Part shown: piece by piece, positions 57,595 through 64,000 of the stretch | Layout of the letters: each line of letters opens with the position of its first letter | Numbering within the stretch: position 1 is the stretch's first letter | Assembly (NCBI GenBank): GCA_016927835.1 | Contig: JAFGMA010000086.1 | Span: 1,061-65,060 of the forward strand | Source: Candidatus Zhuqueibacterota bacterium | Lineage (GTDB): Bacteria; Zhuqueibacterota; Zhuqueibacteria; Thermofontimicrobiales; Sulfurfontimicrobiaceae | Length of the DNA: 64,000 nt | Direction: 5' to 3' | The notes under the pieces: generated by a model | Seen by the model: the letters and a program-made list of their open reading frames with translations, nothing else | Told to the model about the DNA's origin: nothing | The model's database searches: none | Translations under genes and position numbers: made by a program

Positions 57595-58020
57595 ATGCCC
57601 GCGTCCCAGAACCAAAATCTGACAAAACAGCATTTTGATAAATTGAAAGCAGAACTCATCAATCTCGTCGAAGAACGAATTGCGATTTATCTCAAACCGC
57701 CGGAACAGCCGCAAGAAATGCAGGAAGAATTACTTGAGAGAAAACTCGCCGCTCTTGAAAAAAAAGCTGCCATAATGGAGCAAGTGTCGTTGCGGAATCA
57801 TGAGGATATTGAGAAGGTGATTTCACTGGTTGAGATTGTGAGTTTGAGAATGGACGAGATCGCAAAAAAAGGAGACATTTTCGAGAAGCTGGAAGTGATT
57901 GCCGAAACCCAGAAATCCATACTCAGATTATTGGAAAAAATCGATAACGAAAATCTGATGCTGAAGAAAATGTATGAAAGCAACGAAGAACTGAATGACT
58001 GGCGATGGTACCGGAATTGA
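57595..58020 (+). CDS. hypothetical coiled-coil protein
   Basis: 141 aa from the ATG at 57595 (AAAGG upstream). The composition is heptad-rich and E/K/L-rich. I recognise no family. Confidence 0.45.
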   Translation: MPASQNQNLTKQHFDKLKAELINLVEERIAIYLKPPEQPQEMQEELLERKLAALEKKAAIMEQVSLRNHEDIEKVISLVEIVSLRMDEIAKKGDIFEKLEVIAETQKSILRLLEKIDNENLMLKKMYESNEELNDWRWYRN

Positions 58021-58761
58021 TCACTGCTTGAGTTTCATCAACCGCGCTGCATTCTGCCAGAAAATAGCTTCGCGCTCTTCAGCTTTCAAATCAGCACCGA
58101 AGATCTTTGCTTTACAAAATGCCAAATCCGAATTATCTGTCCCAAACAGAAGCCGGTGCACGCCGATAGTTTCAGCCAATTTTTCGATACAGTCCTGTTC
58201 CGCCATAGAGCCGCTCGTATCCACGTAAACATTCTCGCACTCCCGCGCAACTTTCAATCCGTATTCCCAATCACCGCCGAGATGTGCCATGATGAATGTT
58301 GCCCCGGGGAAGCGTTGTGCCAGTCTTCTTAGGTGCATGGGCGTGCTTTCGAACGGCAAATTGCCGTCAATTTTCACCCAGCAATGCACCAGCAGCGGGA
58401 TGCCATATTCGATGGCTTGTTCCACAATCGGGAATACGCGCGGATCATCACACAGCGTCGCTACCCATAATTTTATCCCCTTGAAGCCCAGTTCCTCCAC
58501 GCACCGTTTAAGTTCGGAAAGGGCGTGCTCCCCGCAAACCGGATTCACATACGCAAAGCCAATTACATTATCGGGCAGGCGGCGCATCAGCTTGTGCACA
58601 GCGTCGTTGCTTGCCTGCACGTCATTCTCGCGCGGATAATAGCCACCATGCAGCGCCGATAACATGAATATATCGGTGAGACCTTTTTCGACGCGCTCAA
58701 TAAAATCCGAGTCAGATAATCCGCCGAAATCGAGGTGAATGTGCGAATCGATTAGCATCAT
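58021..58761 (-). CDS. amidohydrolase-fold metal-dependent hydrolase (TIM barrel)
   Basis: The N-terminal LIDSHIHLDFG is the HxH metal site, followed by later His contexts (LLVHCW, IMAHLGG) and Asp (FGTDN). Its start overlaps the upstream stop as ATGA. Confidence 0.8.
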   Translation of the reverse strand: MMLIDSHIHLDFGGLSDSDFIERVEKGLTDIFMLSALHGGYYPRENDVQASNDAVHKLMRRLPDNVIGFAYVNPVCGEHALSELKRCVEELGFKGIKLWVATLCDDPRVFPIVEQAIEYGIPLLVHCWVKIDGNLPFESTPMHLRRLAQRFPGATFIMAHLGGDWEYGLKVARECENVYVDTSGSMAEQDCIEKLAETIGVHRLLFGTDNSDLAFCKAKIFGADLKAEEREAIFWQNAARLMKLKQ

Positions 58762-59534
58762 TTTATCCCTTTCTGGCTGATGAAGCTGGCAGCATTTTCG
58801 TACAAGATTCGGGATCTCGCTGATTCATCGATATCCGCCTCGAGAATTTGCATCAGTGCCGCTTCCGCATAATACATCGGAGTGCCCGAACCATACGCAA
58901 GGTGCGCGGCGCCGATTTGCTCGATCATTCGTGCCAAATACAACGACTTGTACGAGGTTAGCAAAAGTGTTTGCGTGCGATCTTTCATAAAAGGAACCAG
59001 GGATACCCCTTCCGAGGGCAGGTTTGCGTTGCCGATCGCAATGCGAAGCGCAGGAAATGTGTTCAATACATATTCGATATCCTGAATGTCGATTGGCGGT
59101 ACGCGCATGCACCAGTGATGCGAGCGTTCATCCCACAGCCGGATAAATAACAATGCGGGCAAATCCAATTCAATGAGCGTTTTAAGCAACGCTTCACAGC
59201 AGCTATCATACACGCGGTAGCCGTGATAATTCGGCAAAATGCCACAACCGACGCATCCCAAATTTTCTATCGTATCGCGCAAATCGCGTTCCCAGCCCGG
59301 AAAATTCGGATTCACGACTGCCAATGGGAGCAATCGATTCCGGTCCGAACCAATGTCATTCAGCATCTCCTGCACGCCTTCGAGGCAATCTTTATAAAAA
59401 ACTGCCTGGAGCGGTAATGCGAGTGCCTTGTCGGTGTTGGTGCGATCCATCAATTTCAACACATTTTTTGATCCGCTGTGGCGCAAGCGGCGGAAGGGCC
59501 AATAGCCCAGGAATACATTCAGATCGAAGATCAT
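58758..59534 (-). CDS. amidohydrolase-related protein lacking the N-terminal HxH
   Basis: It matches the downstream gene in size and fold-like pattern (FDLNVFLG instead of DSHIH; C-terminal AYGSGTP). It is translationally coupled by the ATGA overlap. Confidence 0.68.
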   Translation of the reverse strand: MIFDLNVFLGYWPFRRLRHSGSKNVLKLMDRTNTDKALALPLQAVFYKDCLEGVQEMLNDIGSDRNRLLPLAVVNPNFPGWERDLRDTIENLGCVGCGILPNYHGYRVYDSCCEALLKTLIELDLPALLFIRLWDERSHHWCMRVPPIDIQDIEYVLNTFPALRIAIGNANLPSEGVSLVPFMKDRTQTLLLTSYKSLYLARMIEQIGAAHLAYGSGTPMYYAEAALMQILEADIDESARSRILYENAASFISQKGIK

Positions 59535-59642
59535 GAGTGAATAGTCACCTCATTTTTGATTTAGGGATTAAATTTTTTTGAGCTTTCAAAGGTTATCAAA
59601 ATGACGATGCCGATAATTCGAAAAGCAATGCAGCCAGATACA

Positions 59643-60398
59643 TCAGAATTTTAAAGCGTTTGCTGCCTGATACGCAGCAATTTTTTGAGCGACCTCCACC
59701 ACGGGTGCTGTCCAATACTGGCTTCTTTTGCTGTGCAGGTATTCCAGCAGCAATGAAAAATCATAGCTGCCGACACTGAGCCGGCTGCCATTTATTTGGT
59801 GGAATACGAGGATGAGCCACTGCCCTTTGCTCGCGAGCGCCTCCACAAGACCGATCATTTCATGTCCGCTCATGCGCTCGGTGGCAATGCCGCCGGCGTG
59901 CGCCAGATCCATTACTTCGGGTTGATTCGCGAAGCCGTGTTCGCCCCAGGCACGCCCGGCGATGAAGTGCCTGGCAACCAGCGGAATATAACTTTGCCGC
60001 GACATGCCCCGCCCGACATCGGTGTTGTAACACGGATAGGCGAATGTCCATTGTTTTTGATGGGGTGCGATCTGCTCAAGGCGCTGTTGTGCAGCTAAAA
60101 TATCCGCTTCAATTTCAGCCAGTGTTCGGTCTTCGAGTCCGCCTGTTTTGCCCAAAAAGTTATTCGAGCAAATATGCGAAAGTGTGTGATTGGCAATCTC
60201 ATGCCCGTTGGCGCCGACTCGCTCCCATTGCGAGCGGCATTCTTCCCATTGCGCGCCGTTTGGCACGATGTAAAACGTGGCTTTCAGGTTGTATTTGTCC
60301 AGAGCAGGGAGTGCCAGTTCCAATTGATTCCTGGTTCCGTCATCGAATGTCAGCGAAACCGCGCCAAGATAAGGTGTCCAAAATTTGTTTGTGTTCAT
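59643..60398 (-). CDS. polysaccharide deacetylase (CE4 / NodB homology domain)
   Basis: LTFDDGTRNQ (the DD metal/catalytic motif), ATFYIV and HEIANHTLSH are present. The ATG at 60398 (GGAGAATC RBS) is preferred to 60449. Confidence 0.85.
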   Translation of the reverse strand: MNTNKFWTPYLGAVSLTFDDGTRNQLELALPALDKYNLKATFYIVPNGAQWEECRSQWERVGANGHEIANHTLSHICSNNFLGKTGGLEDRTLAEIEADILAAQQRLEQIAPHQKQWTFAYPCYNTDVGRGMSRQSYIPLVARHFIAGRAWGEHGFANQPEVMDLAHAGGIATERMSGHEMIGLVEALASKGQWLILVFHQINGSRLSVGSYDFSLLLEYLHSKRSQYWTAPVVEVAQKIAAYQAANALKF

Positions 60399-60525
60399 GA
60401 TTCTCCAATGGATTAGCTCGCGAAATACACTAACATGCACGAAAAGCAAGTGGTTCCGTTTAGATGGGACTGATTCATTTTATTGGAACTGCTGTGTCTG
60501 AATTCGCCCCTTTTACACCCGTAAT

Positions 60526-60602
60526 CCCTCAATTACTGGTTCCCAAACTCCAGTTTTGGAACCCAAGAGGCACTGTAAACTAAAAAAAACCAATAACTGA
60601 GC
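60526..60602 (-). repeat. Family-1 structured intergenic repeat, copy D (inverted orientation)
   Basis: The reverse complement reads GCTCAGTTATTGGTTTTTTTTAGTTTACAGTGCCTCTTGGGTTCCAAAACTGGAGTTTGGGAACCAGTAATTGAGGG. The outer helix is CTCAGTTA/TAATTGAG (one G.T). Confidence 0.7.
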
Positions 60603-60701
60603 CATTACTTTACGCTCAAACTTACATTTTTATTGAATTTAGTGTTGTTCGTGGGCAAAAAGAAAACATGGTTATAATCTTTGCACTAAATGCATTTTAA
60701 A

Positions 60702-61946
60702 TTAAATCATTCGTAATAGCTCGTTCCGGTTTAGATGAATTTTAGCGATTGCCTCGGTTAACAGAGACGCGCGTTCCGGCGGGCAGGCAAAGATGCCCCA
60801 ACCAGCCAGCACCGCGCGATGTTGCCAGAGATCGTCGGCAACGGGCAGGTTCCAGCGCGAGGGTGTTATCGCCTCGAGGTAGCTGCGATTCAGGTGGTGC
60901 CGCTTCTTTTGATGCGGAGAATACACCTCACTGTGCGAAAGCGGGGTGTAAGTAGTTGTGAAGTCATAACCCACTTCGGCTGACAATGCTTTCCTGAATA
61001 GTTTCCCTTCGATGCCATCGAACGCCGAACGATCGTATAAAAATACAAAGGCGTATCCGCATTGCCGGGTGATGTGCGGATTCCTCCGCAGCGGTTGGAC
61101 GCCGGGCGCTTCAGCAATCGCCGCATCCAGCGCCAATCCGGTTTGGTTGATGATCGGCGCGTTAACAGCGTGTGCCTGCAATTGGGCGCGCAAAACAGCC
61201 GCCTGAAAACTGGTTATCCGGTAGTTTCCGCTGTGAACTTTGATCCCCTGCCGGAATTCGCGCCCACAACTGCGTTGACTGACAACTTTCCAGTAATTCT
61301 CCTCATCTTGCATGAGCAACGCGCCGCCCTCGCCAGCGGTGATCAATTTTGACCGCTGGAAGCTGAATGAGCCGAAATCGCCGAATGTGCCCGCGTTTTG
61401 AGCATCCCATTGCGATCCGTGCGCATGTGCACAGTCTTCAATGATAGCTAAATTATACTTGCGCGAGAGAGGTATCAGGCGATCCAAATCCGCCATACGA
61501 TGGTACAGGTGCACCGGAATGATCGCCCTGGTTCGCGGTGTTATTGCCGCTTCAATTTTCGCCGTATCGATGCAGAGCGTCTCCGGATCAACATCGACCA
61601 TGACCGGCACCGCATTCACATCGCAGATTGCGCTGGCGGTTGCCTGCCAGGTCAAGCCCGGCACGATCACTTCATCGCCGAACCCAATGTCCAATGTTTC
61701 CAGGGCAACCTGCAACGTATGCGTGCCATTGGTCAGCAGGGCACAAAATCTGGATTTGTTGTATGCAGCCCACTCGTTTTCAAATTTTTTAGCCATCGAT
61801 TCGACGCCGGGCCAATCATCCCAGGTTCCGCTATCGAGAACTTCCAATAGATACTGCCGTTCGAGATCGGATCGTGTGGTAAGCCGCGCGCCGGCTAACA
61901 GATTGTCCGTCACCGGTTTGCCGCCGACAAGTGCCAGTTTGCTCAT
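60702..61946 (-). CDS. DegT/DnrJ/EryC1/StrS-family PLP-dependent aminotransferase
   Basis: 414 aa. It has the characteristic fold pattern with the PLP-Lys context SFSFQRSKLITAGEGGAL and HLYHRMADLD. Confidence 0.9.
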   Translation of the reverse strand: MSKLALVGGKPVTDNLLAGARLTTRSDLERQYLLEVLDSGTWDDWPGVESMAKKFENEWAAYNKSRFCALLTNGTHTLQVALETLDIGFGDEVIVPGLTWQATASAICDVNAVPVMVDVDPETLCIDTAKIEAAITPRTRAIIPVHLYHRMADLDRLIPLSRKYNLAIIEDCAHAHGSQWDAQNAGTFGDFGSFSFQRSKLITAGEGGALLMQDEENYWKVVSQRSCGREFRQGIKVHSGNYRITSFQAAVLRAQLQAHAVNAPIINQTGLALDAAIAEAPGVQPLRRNPHITRQCGYAFVFLYDRSAFDGIEGKLFRKALSAEVGYDFTTTYTPLSHSEVYSPHQKKRHHLNRSYLEAITPSRWNLPVADDLWQHRAVLAGWGIFACPPERASLLTEAIAKIHLNRNELLRMI

Positions 61947-62056
61947 TGTTTGGATACTCTCCGTTAATTGCTTTTTGAAAACAGGGAATTAAAACTGCTT
62001 GCCTGATCTATTCGAAATAAAATTACTCATGTGAAGGGTATCGCTGGCATTCACAT

Positions 62057-62854
62057 TCAAAGGTGCCTTAAGAAATTCTCCGGATTCGCCAGGAAATCGC
62101 GGGTCAGCGAGACATGCTCCAGCGAATTATAATCGACCGGTTCGAGCGGGCATTTATCGAAGCTGAGGATTGTTGCGCCCGGGAATGCCATCAGAATCGG
62201 TGAATGCGTCGCTATGATGAATTGGGAATCGCCTTCCTGTGTCATTTCTTTCAACAATGAGATCAGCGATAGCTGCCGCAGCGGTGAGAGCGGCGCCTCG
62301 GGTTCATCCATCAAATACAAGCCGCCGGGCACAAATCTTCCCTGAAACAACGTCAGGAAGCTTTCGCCGTGGGAATTAGCGTTCAAATCCTCGCCATACC
62401 GTTCAACAAGTCCGGCTTTTTGCCCCATCACAGCGCCCCGGGCTAACTGCAATCCGTAGCCTGCGAATTTTCCTTCGAATTCGGAAGCTGTGTCTTCCAT
62501 CTCTTGTTTGAGCTCTGTCATTTTTCTGGCGAAACGGAAAAAATCTTCCGCGCGAAGAAAAAATCCTTTGTGTGGATTTTTAGTCCATACAAATCTGAAA
62601 TGCCGTGACAGTTCCCGCGCAGGTTTCAGTGTGATATCGTTTTCAATTCGCTCCCCGCCGATTACCGGCAGCGAAACACCGGCGGCAATCGTTTCGATCA
62701 GGGTGGATTTTCCCGATCCGTTTTCTCCGACGAAGAATGTTACCGGCGAATTGAATTCGAGCCGGTCCAACTCGCGGATCAGACGCAAATTGAACGGGTA
62801 GCTGTCCTTTTGTCGAAGGCTGGATTTCAGATGAACCGCTTTCAGATGAATCAT
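62057..62854 (-). CDS. stand-alone ABC-type ATPase (COG3910-like predicted ATPase)
   Basis: Walker A is GENGSGKST, the signature-like motif SHGESF, Walker [14 protein letters not shown] and the H-loop ATHSP. 265 aa, with no TM or partner domain. Confidence 0.8.
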   Translation of the reverse strand: MIHLKAVHLKSSLRQKDSYPFNLRLIRELDRLEFNSPVTFFVGENGSGKSTLIETIAAGVSLPVIGGERIENDITLKPARELSRHFRFVWTKNPHKGFFLRAEDFFRFARKMTELKQEMEDTASEFEGKFAGYGLQLARGAVMGQKAGLVERYGEDLNANSHGESFLTLFQGRFVPGGLYLMDEPEAPLSPLRQLSLISLLKEMTQEGDSQFIIATHSPILMAFPGATILSFDKCPLEPVDYNSLEHVSLTRDFLANPENFLRHL

Positions 62855-62934
62855 GCATGCTCCGCTTCGAATTTTTTTGTGTGCGGGAATATGCGAAAAG
62901 TTTGTTTAAAATTCAAGCTTTTTTATCCAAAGTC

Positions 62935-64000
62935 TCATTCAAAAAATACAGCATGATCGATGCGCAGCCGGTCGGGGGTGTTCAATAGAATCGGTCGCAC
63001 CAGGCTATCGCGTTGAAACTGCCCCTGAATGAATTTTCGAGCCTCGACCCGCACCGATCCACTTCTGCCCCTGAATGGCACATAAAGCTGCAGCGGTTTT
63101 CGATATGCTATTTCATCCGCAGGAATAATGTCGAATCGGTCTGGTTGCGCCAGCAGCGCGCAATCGGTGGGCAGATTGAAAATCGAGATGTTCAGGTAAT
63201 CGATTGCCCGGCGGTTTTTCCGAATGAATTGCAGTGTCGCTTCCCGATCCGAATCTTCCTCGGTGGGCAGACCAAACAAAAGATAGACATAATTTCTGAT
63301 CCCATGCGCGTGTGCCAGATTGAGAATTTGCTCCGCTTGCGGCAGGTCAATGCCTTTTTGATATAAATCCAGCAAACGCTGCGAGCCGCTTTCCAGCCCG
63401 AATTGCAGCAACACCGCACCGCTTTCCTGCATTCGCGCGAATTGGTTTGCCTGCGTCAGCAGCGTTTCGAAGCGCAGGAAACCATAAAATCGAGCGTTAT
63501 GGCGTTTGAAAAATGGCAGAAGCTTAGTCAATTGCCCGAGAGGGATCGCCGAATCGCTGATATTAAAAATAACGTCATCAGAATTCACCAATTCCATTGC
63601 AGCGGTTAGAAATTGAATCAGCGCTTCGGATTTGAATATAGAATACGCCCGGTTTGCATCGGGACAGAACAGGCAGCGGTTCCAGTAGCAGCCACGTGAA
63701 AGCGGAATCGGAATAATTGGCGCGGGCGTGAAGTATCGAGCGAGCGGATGAATGAGCCGGGGCAACTCGAGAGGTGAATCGACACTCCCCGTCACAAGCA
63801 GCCTGCCGCCAGGGGGGATTCGGGTGTATAGCCCGTTGAAATCGAATGGTGTGCCGATTTTTTCATCCAGCACATTGATCAATGCGCCGCCGAGGACCGG
63901 TTTAATGTCCATTCGATTCAGCGCAACACCAAGCTCAATGGCAAAATAGATTTGCGAAAGGTACGTGACCGATACCCCGATCGTCTTCGCGGCGATGCCC
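62935..64000 (-). CDS. B12-binding-domain radical SAM protein, N-terminus outside window
   Basis: The frame stays open upstream of the track ATG at 63912 to the window edge (..GIAAKTIGVSVTYLSQIYFAIELGVALNR-MDIKPVLGG.., B12-domain-like). The cluster motif is RGCYWNRCLFC at 63664-63690. FGLESGS is a typical radical SAM core. Confidence 0.8.
   Translation of the reverse strand, partial: GIAAKTIGVSVTYLSQIYFAIELGVALNRMDIKPVLGGALINVLDEKIGTPFDFNGLYTRIPPGGRLLVTGSVDSPLELPRLIHPLARYFTPAPIIPIPLSRGCYWNRCLFCPDANRAYSIFKSEALIQFLTAAMELVNSDDVIFNISDSAIPLGQLTKLLPFFKRHNARFYGFLRFETLLTQANQFARMQESGAVLLQFGLESGSQRLLDLYQKGIDLPQAEQILNLAHAHGIRNYVYLLFGLPTEEDSDREATLQFIRKNRRAIDYLNISIFNLPTDCALLAQPDRFDIIPADEIAYRKPLQLYVPFRGRSGSVRVEARKFIQGQFQRDSLVRPILLNTPDRLRIDHAVFFE

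Noticed and set aside
58018-58023. The convergent genes 57595-58020 (+) and 58021-58761 (-) abut with zero spacing, and their stops form the palindrome TGATCA.
   Set aside because: The arrangement is real in the sequence, but a 6-nt palindrome formed by TGA plus TCA is expected by chance. I found no flanking structure suggesting regulation. It only implies that there is no terminator between the two genes.

Overview
The window is a chromosomal-looking 64-kb segment, roughly mid-40s %GC by eye (not computed). It probably comes from an uncultivated FCB-type bacterium. That is an inference from a T9SS type-A C-terminal sorting domain, a DUF3098-like protein and many secreted glycoside-hydrolase-like proteins. 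Strong GGAGG ribosome-binding sites and TTGACA-17-TATATT promoters argue against a classical Bacteroidia.

I can support about 41 protein genes and 2 tRNAs (Val-TAC, Asp-GTC). I see no rRNA, CRISPR array, prophage or recognisable defence system.

Gene content:
- Housekeeping genes: xth, efp, coaE, comEC, pyk, citrate synthase, an AsnB-type amidotransferase and an ALDH7-type dehydrogenase.
- Carbohydrate-active or secreted proteins: a GH78 fragment, a DUF4091-like protein, a beta-helix protein and several large hypothetical proteins.
- A minus-strand DUF1460 / histidine kinase / NtrC-type operon, with a separate CheY-like gene about 560 bp downstream.
- A 1365-aa BNR+PKD+T9SS surface protein behind an 870-bp AT-rich region.
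- Two B12-binding radical SAM genes.
- A minus-strand amino-sugar-tailoring-like cluster at 58-64 kb.

Features the ORF track does not explain:
1. A RayT-like (REP-associated HUH/Y1) transposase gene that is invisible in the track. It carries one in-frame TGA and is bracketed by an identical 17-nt hairpin motif.
2. A DUF1622 gene split by one in-frame TAA.
3. Four unrelated families of small non-coding repeats or MITE-like elements. One copy is nested inside another, and one abuts the efp core promoter.
4. Several orphan strong hairpins, including a minus-strand terminator with no gene to terminate.
5. Sigma-54-like promoters flanking the NtrC-type operon.

I did not find a convincing new multi-gene system. 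The candidates below are ranked honestly. All functional calls come from motif recognition by eye, and no searches or folding programs were run. Start codons are best guesses based on RBS and signal-peptide context.
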